Positions 45,102 to 54,581 of a stretch of 64,000 nucleotides of DNA are shown here, piece after piece; position 1 is the stretch's first letter; every line of letters begins with the position of its first letter. The stretch lies in the NCBI GenBank assembly GCA_003649205.1, contig QMRC01000006.1:13190-77189 (forward strand), given 5' to 3'. Both the position numbers and the translations under genes were made by a program. Under the pieces are notes generated by a model. That model was given only the letters and a program-made list of their open reading frames with translations. It had not been told where the DNA came from and made no database searches. This DNA comes from Thermoprotei archaeon (GTDB lineage: Archaea > Thermoproteota > Thermoprotei > Thermoproteales > B15-G16).

Positions 45102-45860
45102 CTAATCAGCAATCACATACCTAACCTCACCAGTGAAGCACCACTCACTCTCATCACTACGTTTGAGATCCACATCTACACACTTCTGCTGAAGATACAG
45201 TATTAGTTCTCGACTCGGGATTGCCTCACTAGGTAGTGAATCAAGAACACGTCTATACTGTACAGCTATGATTCCATCGAAGTACTTACTTAGCTCCTCA
45301 ACTGACTCAACAACCTTACTCTCTGGAATTAACTCAATACCGAAGAGGATGTAAGCAATGAAGCTAACCTCATCACCATAAACTTCACGACATTTCTCCC
45401 TAAGAGCATTCAACCTCACAATCTCACTCTGAGGAATACCCTTACACAACACAGCATTTCTCAGGTACTCATCCCAAACCTCAATACCAACCCTAATAAC
45501 GAGCCTACTAGGTTTAAGCAGCTCAAGCACCTGTCTCACAGAGTCAAAACTTAGGTACTCAGGTCTAGACTCAATATCCACAATTCTACCACAGGTAAAT
45601 CTAGAGAGCTTGAGCACGGTATCCAGAGGTAGCTCAAAGAATGAACCACCATTAAATACAGTAATTCTCTCAATACTAAACCTCAGGGTAGCATCTTCCA
45701 GAAGCGACAATATCTTGTCATTTGTCTGAATTACATCGGATAGTGAGTTACCTGCCTCAAGGAAGAAGGGACAGAAGACACATCTACCCCAACGACATCT
45801 AAATCCCTTGAGTATCACGATAGCTCTCTTCCTAGATCTCTCAATCACAACACCTAGCAC
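45102..45860 (-). CDS. RaSEA-like radical SAM protein (archaeosine formation partner of ArcS)
   Basis: Cys triad CRWGRCVFC (C-x4-C-x2-C, Elp3-like spacing) near the N-terminus, about 250 aa. It overlaps and is co-directional with the ArcS-like gene, the arrangement known for ArcS/RaSEA. Confidence 0.55.
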   Translation of the reverse strand: MLGVVIERSRKRAIVILKGFRCRWGRCVFCPFFLEAGNSLSDVIQTNDKILSLLEDATLRFSIERITVFNGGSFFELPLDTVLKLSRFTCGRIVDIESRPEYLSFDSVRQVLELLKPSRLVIRVGIEVWDEYLRNAVLCKGIPQSEIVRLNALREKCREVYGDEVSFIAYILFGIELIPESKVVESVEELSKYFDGIIAVQYRRVLDSLPSEAIPSRELILYLQQKCVDVDLKRSDESEWCFTGEVRYVIAD

Positions 45861-46557
45861 TGAGAATCTCCCTCAAACCACTAATTAACTTACTCAAACT
45901 AGTTGGAGTTATGAGTATGAGATCTGGATCATCGTAGTAACCACCTAGAGATACCTCATCAAGCTCATGAGGAGGTACCTCATTAACTCTCGCAGCTAAG
46001 TTCTTAACCTCAATACCTAGCATGGAACAAGCACGCTCTAGAGCAGCATAGCTATCTGAATCCCACCTTAGATACGACACAAAGCACTCATAATAACTCC
46101 TAAATCTACTCAGGAACAATCTCAATCTCTCACAGGTAACCTCCCTATAGAGTACCTTCACTTCACTAGTTTCATACTTAGGATTCCAGTCATACGCACA
46201 ATAGGGGTAGTACTCTTCAAGCTCTCTCGGTACGATACCGGCATTCGTTATAATGACTTGATGAATATCCTCGTAGTACCTACCTAACGACTTCAAAGCC
46301 CTAATTATGAAGTAGTGTATGTAGGATTGAGAGTACGGCTTACCGTAAGCACATGGTAGGAAGAGACAGACTCTATACCTCTTCCTTGGCTTCCACTCAG
46401 TTAGTAATCTCTTAAAACCCTCTTCAAAGAATGGGTGCTTAAGGTACCTAAGACCTACACCTCTGAGGAATTCCCTACCATCACCAGACCAGATAAGTTC
46501 GTGACCATCCCAAATAACGTACAAGCTAGATCCCTCAAGAAGTTCTCCACAAACCAA
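45841..46557 (-). CDS. ArcS-like protein (stand-alone DUF5591/ArcS catalytic-type domain)
   Basis: LPCAYGKPYSQSYIHY is an exact match to the ArcS signature PC-x3-KPY-x2-S-x2-H. At 238 aa it has no PUA domain. Confidence 0.75.
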   Translation of the reverse strand: MVCGELLEGSSLYVIWDGHELIWSGDGREFLRGVGLRYLKHPFFEEGFKRLLTEWKPRKRYRVCLFLPCAYGKPYSQSYIHYFIIRALKSLGRYYEDIHQVIITNAGIVPRELEEYYPYCAYDWNPKYETSEVKVLYREVTCERLRLFLSRFRSYYECFVSYLRWDSDSYAALERACSMLGIEVKNLAARVNEVPPHELDEVSLGGYYDDPDLILITPTSLSKLISGLREILSARCCD

Positions 46558-46610
46558 TACACTCTAATAATTCTTAGCAATTCTTCCCCTAAAGAATAGG
46601 TCAAGACGAG

Positions 46611-46808
46611 GTGATGTATTTGTCAACTAAGAAACGTGAAGAGAGATGGGGTACGTGCCCGAAGTGTGGTGGAGGATTGAGAAGGAGAAATCACCCAGAG
46701 ATATTCCAGTGTAGGAAGTGTGGTACGTACTTCTGTGGTAGGTGTTGGAAGGCAGAATTCATGTCCTATGCAGAAGCTTTAGAGCACTTAAAGGACTGTA
46801 CTGGTTAA
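46611..46808 (+). CDS. small zinc-ribbon protein
   Basis: CPKCGG..x13..CRKCGTYFCGRC, 65 aa. Confidence 0.5.
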   Translation: MMYLSTKKREERWGTCPKCGGGLRRRNHPEIFQCRKCGTYFCGRCWKAEFMSYAEALEHLKDCTG

Positions 46809-46837
46809 GGTGATGTACTCTGAATAACTTATCCTAT

Positions 46838-48589
46838 GTGCTTGGCAGTGTATTTAGGGATTCTGGTGTCCAAGTACTTGCTGTTGAGGGTAGAGCACTA
46901 CAGAGTAAGATCGTTAGTGCAATTATCCAAAGTTGTAGGGAGATGAACATCAATGTCATTGTGCTACCTAGTGGTAGAGACGTGGTCCTATCATCAGTCG
47001 CTACTTCAAGTACTTTCCTGCGTACTCTAGCAGTGATATCTCATGAAGGTTTTGCAGAGTCTCTCGATGTACTTGAGAAAGTGAGTAGAGTAGGTTGCAG
47101 AGGTGCTTTAGTGATAACAGTTGTCGATGAATTTAGACAAGATATCCGTGTACTGGCTTCAGCCCTAAAGCTTCCAGTACTAGAGCTATCAACAGCTAGC
47201 TACATCCCGTTGATCTACAGTAATTGCTTTGAGTGGAGTGAAGCAGCAGAGCTACCATACGTAGTTAGGTTGTTATGTCCCTTAGTGTGGTCTAAGGTTG
47301 AGTACCGTGGTGAAGGTATTGAGAGGTTACCTAGAACACCTGTCTTCAACAAGCACTGGCACAGAGTGTATAGGTGGGTACCTGAGCTACATGATAGGTA
47401 CTCTGTGAATCTGCAGGAGGTTGATAGGTGTCGCGATGTTGCTAGAGCTTTTGCAGAGTTGGGTACTCTATGTAGGGAGTGGGGTAGTGGTGATACCTGT
47501 GTTATTAGTAGTGGCTTTGCTAGGTTCTGTATTGAGTTAGGTGGTGTCTGTTTCCTAGATGTACCTTACGTGTATCCTTTTCCTCGGGAACTTCTTAGGA
47601 AGCAACTTCATGAGTATCGTAGAGCTATTGTTGTTGAGATTGGTGTTGCTTCCTACCTCAGTGATTTGGTTAAGTCTATTTTACCGAGTGGAGTTGATGT
47701 AGTGACTATTATTGGCAATGATATTGTTGATGCTGTGAATAAGTTGTCAGCTGTACTTAGGTGTACCGTGAAGGGTGTTGAGTTGATTAATGGTCTCGAG
47801 AGGTATAGTGAGGCAAGGAGTACAGTTAGTGAGGAGTGTTGTGGTTGCGGTTTAGTTGCTCTTGCTTATGCTCTGTACCGAGTACTTAGGGATAGGGGTG
47901 ATGTACCTGTTATCGTATTTGATAGGGGGTGCCTCGGTAGGCTGTTAATGAGATTTAGAGGGGATTTGAAGCCAAATTACTCAATACTTTCAACATCGTA
48001 CTCGATTGATGATGTAGGGGATATAGGGGATATTTCTCTAGCACCTAGGTCAGCAATTACGACATCTATTGGGTATGCAGTAGCTAGGTATCGTGATGGT
48101 CCTATCCTCTGTGTATCTGATGGTCTTAACTTCCTCACTCAAATCCATAGTATTAAGGTGTTGAGGAGGGTTGGTGATGTTAAGTTACTTATTGTGGTCA
48201 CTAGAGGGTACAGTGGATCTGAGCTGTTTGAGGATCTTGACGCTGTGAAGTTGCTTGAGGTCCTTGGGTATTCTCGTGAGGAGGTTCTGGTTACTGATTC
48301 AGGTAGTGTTAATGAGCTAGTTGAGTTCTTGAGTAAGTTACTTAGTAGGCCTGAGGTTAGAGCTATGGTGTATCTAGTCAATTGTCGTAAGGGTAGAGAA
48401 GTTGTTTGTAGAGGAGTTGTCGAGTTTATTGCTGAGAACTGTGATGCTTGTGGTGAGTGCCTTAAGGTCCCTTGTCCTGCTATCGAAATTTCTGAAACAG
48501 GGACACCAGTAATTAAGCGTGAGCTCTGTATTGGTTGTGGTATATGTTGTGAGGTCTGTACTAGAGGTGCTTTGAAACTTGCGCAGTAG
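46838..48589 (+). CDS. indolepyruvate:ferredoxin oxidoreductase alpha-like protein (degenerate TPP region) with 2x[4Fe-4S] C-terminus
   Basis: The C-terminal CDACGECLKVPCPAI...CIGCGICCEVC is as in IorA, and overall size fits. The usual GDS TPP-binding motif is not evident (CVSDGLNF). Confidence 0.4.
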   Translation: MLGSVFRDSGVQVLAVEGRALQSKIVSAIIQSCREMNINVIVLPSGRDVVLSSVATSSTFLRTLAVISHEGFAESLDVLEKVSRVGCRGALVITVVDEFRQDIRVLASALKLPVLELSTASYIPLIYSNCFEWSEAAELPYVVRLLCPLVWSKVEYRGEGIERLPRTPVFNKHWHRVYRWVPELHDRYSVNLQEVDRCRDVARAFAELGTLCREWGSGDTCVISSGFARFCIELGGVCFLDVPYVYPFPRELLRKQLHEYRRAIVVEIGVASYLSDLVKSILPSGVDVVTIIGNDIVDAVNKLSAVLRCTVKGVELINGLERYSEARSTVSEECCGCGLVALAYALYRVLRDRGDVPVIVFDRGCLGRLLMRFRGDLKPNYSILSTSYSIDDVGDIGDISLAPRSAITTSIGYAVARYRDGPILCVSDGLNFLTQIHSIKVLRRVGDVKLLIVVTRGYSGSELFEDLDAVKLLEVLGYSREEVLVTDSGSVNELVEFLSKLLSRPEVRAMVYLVNCRKGREVVCRGVVEFIAENCDACGECLKVPCPAIEISETGTPVIKRELCIGCGICCEVCTRGALKLAQ

Positions 48590-49388
48590 GTACCTGTATG
48601 GCTATCCTGTGATTGCTGTTCTTGGCTACAAGAATTCCGGTAAGACAACCCTGATATCTCTACTAGTTAATTCACTACAGAGACGTGGGGTTAAGGTTGG
48701 TGTCATAAAGCACATTGCTGATAAGTACTTCACTATTGATACACCCGGTACTGATACATGGAAGTTTAGGGGATGCGGTAGCAGTGTTGTTGGGTATGTT
48801 GCAGATAGTGGTGAGGCTGGTCTCTATGGTGATCTTGGTGATCTAGGTATGTTACTTAGGTTCTTCCTTGAGCTAGGTTGTGAGGTTGTTTTTCTTGAGG
48901 GGTTCAGTAGGTGGGTTAGGGATAGGGGTGATGTTGCTAAGATAGTGTGTGTAAGAGGTTATTCTGAGGTTTCAGAGCTTACTGAAGGTGTTGTGAATGT
49001 AATTGCGGTGTGTAGTCCATACGTTTCTGGTGATGGTATTGTTAAGCTACCTGAACAATTTAATGAGGTTTTAACGAGAGTTCTAAAGTACGTAGAGCTT
49101 CAACGTAAGGTACGTGAGGTACTAACTCAGCTACCAGGTCTGGACTGTGGGAAATGCGGTTTACGATGTTGCGGTGAGTTTGCTCTTGCTGTGGTTAGGG
49201 GTTTAAGGAAGTTAGAGGAGTGTAGAGCTAGAGGCGGAAGTTTATCTAGGGTCACTGTTAGGGGTCGTGAAGTTGCTCTTAATAGGTTTGTATCTAAGCT
49301 ACTTCACGATATTGTGCTTGCTATCTTGAAGAATTTGAAAGGTGTTGAGGTAACAGGTGCTGAACACATTGAGGTGATTGTAGAGTGA
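48579..49388 (+). CDS. mobB: MobB (molybdopterin-guanine dinucleotide biosynthesis adaptor) with C-terminal putative Fe-S domain
   Basis: VIAVLGYKNSGKTTLISLLVNSLQRRGVKVGVIKH is the MobB P-loop block. The C-terminal LPGLDCGKCGLRCCGEFALAV resembles the RnfB-type Fe-S domain. Confidence 0.75.
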   Translation: MRSRYLYGYPVIAVLGYKNSGKTTLISLLVNSLQRRGVKVGVIKHIADKYFTIDTPGTDTWKFRGCGSSVVGYVADSGEAGLYGDLGDLGMLLRFFLELGCEVVFLEGFSRWVRDRGDVAKIVCVRGYSEVSELTEGVVNVIAVCSPYVSGDGIVKLPEQFNEVLTRVLKYVELQRKVREVLTQLPGLDCGKCGLRCCGEFALAVVRGLRKLEECRARGGSLSRVTVRGREVALNRFVSKLLHDIVLAILKNLKGVEVTGAEHIEVIVE

Positions 49389-49393
49389 TGTAG

Positions 49394-50161
49394 TTAGAAC
49401 AGTGGAGCTAGTACGTAGCATGCCGCAGAGACCACTAGTGGAAGTGTTAAGTTATCTTCTGGACTGTATGCTTCTGTCACTACGGCTATTGAAGCTACGA
49501 TTACCGATACTGTTGGTTCCAGACCAAGTGCTACTAATATCACAGCGAATACGAATGCTGTTATGAACATCGCTGGTAAGCTAGTCTTCGAGTGGGGTAT
49601 GGTGTACCCATTTAGCACCCTTGTGAGTATTGGTGAGAGAGCATCCACTATAGCTAGGGATAGAATTCCGTACATGACATATTCATTAAACAGTATATAG
49701 GAGATGAGAACTGAAAGAGAGCCAAAGGTCGCTCCAATATAACCTGTTTTCTTCTCGTAATCACGCTCTATACTCGAAATAATTGATGTAACTGTGGTCT
49801 CGAACTTAACTATGTGCATCTCCACGTCACGAATTAACTTACTCAATTCCTTAATCGGTACTGGAGTTCTCTGAAGACTCACTTGAAGACCTTCAAAGAT
49901 CTTTCTACGTGCTTCCACAATTCTCCTTCTCAATTCCTCTGTGAGTAAGGGTGCTCTTACCTGGAAACTATTTACGAAAGCACATGAGAAGCAAACTAAT
50001 GAATAGATGAGGGTTGTTACCTCATGTGGTGAGGACCCATACTGCGCAAGTACTCCAGCATACAGCTTCGGAGCTATGAGTGCTACAAGTAGTAGGAGAC
50101 ACAATGTTGTGTGAATGCTCTTTCTAATAATTAGCGTCTTAAGCGAGTCCGACATGACCAC
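49394..50161 (-). CDS. polytopic membrane protein (possibly polyprenol/dolichol kinase-like)
   Basis: 255 aa with 6-7 TM segments and an RKSIHT motif near the N-terminus. The family assignment is weak. Confidence 0.4.
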   Translation of the reverse strand: MVMSDSLKTLIIRKSIHTTLCLLLLVALIAPKLYAGVLAQYGSSPHEVTTLIYSLVCFSCAFVNSFQVRAPLLTEELRRRIVEARRKIFEGLQVSLQRTPVPIKELSKLIRDVEMHIVKFETTVTSIISSIERDYEKKTGYIGATFGSLSVLISYILFNEYVMYGILSLAIVDALSPILTRVLNGYTIPHSKTSLPAMFITAFVFAVILVALGLEPTVSVIVASIAVVTEAYSPEDNLTLPLVVSAACYVLAPLF

Positions 50162-50227
50162 TAGTCAGTATCACTACAGCAAGGTACTATTAAATGTGAC
50201 CTACCTTAGACCTAGCTTTGCTGAACT

Positions 50228-50285
50228 GAATCAGACAATAGCCCCCAGCTCCTCATCGCTCAGTGGTAGGTCTCTTCATCACCTA
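50228..50285 (-). ncRNA. candidate C/D box sRNA overlapping the 3' end of the glycosyltransferase gene in sense
   Basis: The minus strand reads GUGAUGA(C, 50276-50282)-AGAGACCUACCA(12)-CUGA(D', 50260-50263, contains the stop codon)-GCG-AUGAGGA(C')-15 nt-CUGA(D, 50231-50234). The second spacer is longer than canonical. Confidence 0.4.
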
Positions 50286-51453
50286 CTAGAACTAACTTCC
50301 TGAGGTACTTAATGTACATATCGCGGAGTTGCATAATAACCTCCCTAACCCGTGTAGCACTAGATCTAGCTCTCTGAACTAGTGATTCATCACTCGAGAG
50401 CACAAGTAGAAGGCTCAACAACTCACCAATATTACTCGCTACCAGTAGAGCACCATTACCCAGGAGCTTGAGGTATGGATCGGGTACTGCTCTAGCTAAA
50501 GCAACTACAGGAAGACCTAGATAGAGAGACTTAACGATCTTAGACCTAGAACCAAATAAACCCTTAACCTGAGGAATGACGACAATACTACCCCCAACAA
50601 CATCCTCTAAACTAGGAACCTCACCAACTAATTCACAGAACTTAACAAACTTAGAAACCAACCTAGTAACCCTACCAACAACTCTACATCTCAACGCAAC
50701 ACCAACACGCTTCAAAGCACCTACAACACGATCCAACACAAAAACAGCCTCAACATTAGGCTCAAAATCACTACCAAAGAAAACAAAAGTAGGTTCAGCA
50801 AATCTAGGACCCTCCACAGCTCGTCTAGGTAATTTAAGTAGAAGGGGACCAAAGAAAACCCTCACACCAAAGCTGCATAGGAAAATTGTCTCGATTAGAG
50901 AGAAGGAAAGTACTAGAAGGCATTTCCTTAAGCAATTCACCTCAATGCAACCAAGAATCCTCACTAAGTGATCAACGACTACACTAGGACCACTACTAAG
51001 CTCAAGATATCTTAAGTACGTTAACTCACCACATATACCAATGACCTTCTGACCAAGAACCCTACATATGAGTAGTAGAACTGGGTAGTCCGTGTAGTGG
51101 ATCATGACGTACTTAGGCTTAACCTCTCTAAATACATTCATGAGAGAGACATAAAGCGAGAGATCGATTAGTAGAAGGAAGTTCAGGATTATGAAACCAA
51201 GCAGTCTTACAAGACCATAGCTACCACGCTCTAACGAACGAATAGTACTCCTAACACCTGACCTGTAGTACTGCATCAACACCATGGTGGAGAGAGAAGG
51301 TAAGTCCTTAAAACTAGTAATCGATATGTACCTCACAGTACATATAGGACGAAGTTCATCAATCAGTGATGCTAGTAACTCGCAACCACCACTCCTAGGT
51401 TCAAGTACCTCCTCAATACTATGAACAGACAGCACAACAATACTCAGCGCCAC
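50260..51453 (-). CDS. GT-B fold glycosyltransferase (group 1-like)
   Basis: The C-terminal half has ..IVVIPQVKGLFGSRSKIVKSLYLGLPVVA.., which resembles the GT1/GT4 nucleotide-sugar binding region. The N-terminal half is divergent. Confidence 0.5.
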   Translation of the reverse strand: MALSIVVLSVHSIEEVLEPRSGGCELLASLIDELRPICTVRYISITSFKDLPSLSTMVLMQYYRSGVRSTIRSLERGSYGLVRLLGFIILNFLLLIDLSLYVSLMNVFREVKPKYVMIHYTDYPVLLLICRVLGQKVIGICGELTYLRYLELSSGPSVVVDHLVRILGCIEVNCLRKCLLVLSFSLIETIFLCSFGVRVFFGPLLLKLPRRAVEGPRFAEPTFVFFGSDFEPNVEAVFVLDRVVGALKRVGVALRCRVVGRVTRLVSKFVKFCELVGEVPSLEDVVGGSIVVIPQVKGLFGSRSKIVKSLYLGLPVVALARAVPDPYLKLLGNGALLVASNIGELLSLLLVLSSDESLVQRARSSATRVREVIMQLRDMYIKYLRKLVLVGDEETYH

Positions 51454-54400
51454 AATCTAGACCTCACTAAATACATTAACTGAGAACCTAGACGTGTACA
51501 GGTGATAACCCAGAGAACTAAGGTCAATACCGAAGTCACTACAGCACAGGTACACACAACGTGATTAACTACGGGAGTAAAAGCGATATGAGTACAATCA
51601 CTAGTTACTCGTACTAAGGAGGTAGTAGTGAAGCAAACACCAGTAAACCTAGCACACTCTCTACAACCCACTACACACCAGATATCACGTGGGTAGTACT
51701 TAACCTTCCACTCAACTACGTAAGTACCTCTATCGAGATTTAGACTTAAATCACGAAAGTTCACCCCAACAACACTACTCCGTAGGTACTTCACCAATTC
51801 ACGAAGAGACGTAAACTTAGTGCTAAAAAGCACGAGAACATAGTCAACACACATACCACATTCAGCTCCACCCCTAACGGAAAAAATGACATTACTACCA
51901 CAATGCTCACCGAGAAACACTAGATGAGGAAAATTAGGTAGCGATATGGAGTACGTACCCCGTACAGACTTTACACAGAGAGCACAACCCTCATCCCCCC
52001 AAGCTAGAGCATAGACCCAGTACGGAATACTCAAGTTAGGTACCTCAAGATGGAGGGTATCACCATCACGAAGCTTCAGAGCAAGACCACGAACTCTACT
52101 ACACTTCACGAAATCACCACTCCTCAACCACAACTCAGGTTCCCATACGTATAGTAGAGAGAGGTAACCACGTTCAATCAAACCCCTTAAAAGGTCGTTA
52201 ATTCGTTCTACTTCATCAGATTTAACAAACAATAACACATCTATAACATTAAGACCACAGACATTAACTACCTCAACCTCGTGAAGACCATTAGAAAGGT
52301 AGAGAATACCTACAGGAATAAACCTCAGAGACACGACACTGGATCTAGTACTAACGGAGAACACCCTACCATCGATAACTACCTCGATCTCACCCCCACG
52401 ATCGTGCTTTAGAGCACGAATTAACAACAAATACACACCAGACTTCTCAACTCTAAACACCACCTTGAGATTGCAACCACTCTTCTCACAAGCAACAACA
52501 CTCGAAAAAGCATATCCCAGCCTCGCTAACCAGAGGTAAATCTCAGGTGAGAGTGCTGCCCATGAAACTGTGTAGTTCTTCCTTGGTTCACAGTACCTAC
52601 TTAAGTCAATCACTATAGCGTCTTGAGTAAGGTAGGGAAGAATATCGTAGATAGTACTGGAGCTAAGTACCAGAATCACATGATCTAGCTCACCACCGAG
52701 TAGAGTAGTGAGATTCTGCTGAAAGAAATCCCCCAGGAGGTGAGCAGTAGGTACCTCAGCAACATCTACTCCAAGATCTTGAAGCAAATCCAGAGTGAAG
52801 AGGTCACCAACAATGACAAGACAAGTTCTTGAAGCAGCTACCTTAGGTGATGGAGGAACCGCTGTAACGAAAGGTAACTTCCTAACACCCCAATAGTGCT
52901 TAATCGCCTTAAAGAACTTTAGCGGATTGGCCATGAACTCACCACTAACATCATCAACAACAATGTACTTCACACCTAAGCACCTAGGTACTGTACTCCA
53001 ATTAAGTACCTTGAAATTAGCTAGATTAAGCTCATAGAAGTAGTATGTGTGAGCTACCAAGTCCTGCAGACAACCAGGTAAGTACACAACACCTCTCCTA
53101 TACCATACCCCAATGAGAGGTAGTGGAGAGAGCTCTTGAGCAATATCCTTGACAAATGTCTTAGTAGGTAGGTAACGAGGGTAAACACTTGCTGAATCTG
53201 GAAACCACATCACCCTATCGAGAACTAGACCAGATAACCTACTAACTACATCATGAGTCATCGTAGGTGGTTTAGCTAATTTGAAGAACTCTATAGAAGC
53301 TAGTGAGTGGAGCAGGAAGTGTGGAGTAGATCCCACAGCAACGATAGAAATAAACATCATAACCACTGCAATGAGTACCTTAATACTCAAGCTGTGTACC
53401 GTCCTAAATCTCAATCGTGTAGAGAGCACCATACGCAGAGCATCAATAGAGGTAGCAATGAGTAACGTAAGACCAACAGCACTAAGGTACAGAAACTTCG
53501 TACTCTCCCTAAATAGTGAAAGCGCTGGAACTACACGGTAAAGAGCTATGTACTGCTCAGTAGCTAGATACGGTAAGAAAGCCAGAACAATACCAATCAC
53601 GTAAAGTACGAAACCAACCTGAACAATCCTACATCTAATCCTACTGAGTGCTATTGTGAGAATACACGCTAACCACAGCACTAGAACATACTCGAAGTAC
53701 GGTACTAAAGCACCAGCACTTGAAACAGATACGAAGGGGGCATATAGGAGAGCTGTAGAGAGGGAAGTAACCTCAGCTTCACCCCACCTCGTTACCAATT
53801 CCTCAATCGGTACCAAGCCGTACCCTGGTATGGTAGTGATGGTGTAGTAGAGAGATAGTAACCAAGGTAGGAGTGGGAGTGCACATGCTATAGCTGTGTA
53901 AGGTACATACCTAATTACCTTCCTCAAGTTCTTCCTCTTAACTAATACGTAGAGGACTACGAGAAGAGGAGTGAGGACTACTAGGTGGAGCTGAGTCATC
54001 GATACTAGAGCTAGTGCTAGACCTAGGTAAATCGCGTAGTCCCTACGTGGTTTCTCAGTAAGTAAATCAGCTAGCAATACAGTGAGCGGAGTTAGTGAGT
54101 AACCTATACAGAAGAGTACCTGACCTATAGCTAGTCTATTCAGTAGGAATGGTGATGTCGCGTAGAATACTGCAGCTATAGCTGAAGTTGCTTTGCTGAA
54201 TCCTAGGTGTCTGAGGAGCATATAGGTAAGTACGTAGGATAGCAGTATGGATGTGCTATACCATACCTTAACGTAGTTTGTAGGGCCAAATATCATCGAT
54301 ATGAGGTAGGTGATTACATAGTACAGACTCAACCTAATGTTTTCTGGGTCGAGAGTACCCATGTTCCAGGTCAAGTCACATAGCTTCAATACCTTCTCCT

Positions 54401-54581
54401 TAACTAATCTCATATTGAAGAACTCAAAGGTATCCACAGACACCACTATACCATCTCCTAGAAAGAGCTGAGAGGATGCCCAGATACAGATGGCTAAACC
54501 CATAACTGAGGGAAGTTCTTTGCGAAGCGATGATCGTAATGTGTATAGACTCCTCCTCACTGTCTTCTCCTCGGTGTCCAC
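51444..54581 (-). CDS. very large polytopic membrane protein with extracytoplasmic C-terminal domain (GT-C-like candidate)
   Basis: 1045 aa, with about 13 TM helices in the first 420 residues, a roughly 600-aa soluble region and a terminal TM. It lies in a glycosylation-type neighbourhood. Confidence 0.5.
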   Translation of the reverse strand: MDTEEKTVRRSLYTLRSSLRKELPSVMGLAICIWASSQLFLGDGIVVSVDTFEFFNMRLVKEKVLKLCDLTWNMGTLDPENIRLSLYYVITYLISMIFGPTNYVKVWYSTSILLSYVLTYMLLRHLGFSKATSAIAAVFYATSPFLLNRLAIGQVLFCIGYSLTPLTVLLADLLTEKPRRDYAIYLGLALALVSMTQLHLVVLTPLLVVLYVLVKRKNLRKVIRYVPYTAIACALPLLPWLLSLYYTITTIPGYGLVPIEELVTRWGEAEVTSLSTALLYAPFVSVSSAGALVPYFEYVLVLWLACILTIALSRIRCRIVQVGFVLYVIGIVLAFLPYLATEQYIALYRVVPALSLFRESTKFLYLSAVGLTLLIATSIDALRMVLSTRLRFRTVHSLSIKVLIAVVMMFISIVAVGSTPHFLLHSLASIEFFKLAKPPTMTHDVVSRLSGLVLDRVMWFPDSASVYPRYLPTKTFVKDIAQELSPLPLIGVWYRRGVVYLPGCLQDLVAHTYYFYELNLANFKVLNWSTVPRCLGVKYIVVDDVSGEFMANPLKFFKAIKHYWGVRKLPFVTAVPPSPKVAASRTCLVIVGDLFTLDLLQDLGVDVAEVPTAHLLGDFFQQNLTTLLGGELDHVILVLSSSTIYDILPYLTQDAIVIDLSRYCEPRKNYTVSWAALSPEIYLWLARLGYAFSSVVACEKSGCNLKVVFRVEKSGVYLLLIRALKHDRGGEIEVVIDGRVFSVSTRSSVVSLRFIPVGILYLSNGLHEVEVVNVCGLNVIDVLLFVKSDEVERINDLLRGLIERGYLSLLYVWEPELWLRSGDFVKCSRVRGLALKLRDGDTLHLEVPNLSIPYWVYALAWGDEGCALCVKSVRGTYSISLPNFPHLVFLGEHCGSNVIFSVRGGAECGMCVDYVLVLFSTKFTSLRELVKYLRSSVVGVNFRDLSLNLDRGTYVVEWKVKYYPRDIWCVVGCRECARFTGVCFTTTSLVRVTSDCTHIAFTPVVNHVVCTCAVVTSVLTLVLWVITCTRLGSQLMYLVRSRLWR

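Noticed and set aside
45590-46140. Whether the GACAGGT enrichment extends into the ArcS/RaSEA genes, which would move the element boundary.
   Set aside because: Only two CACAGGT hexamer-type hits and no GACAGGT heptamers were seen in 45023-46557. This is consistent with host background, so the boundary stays at attR.
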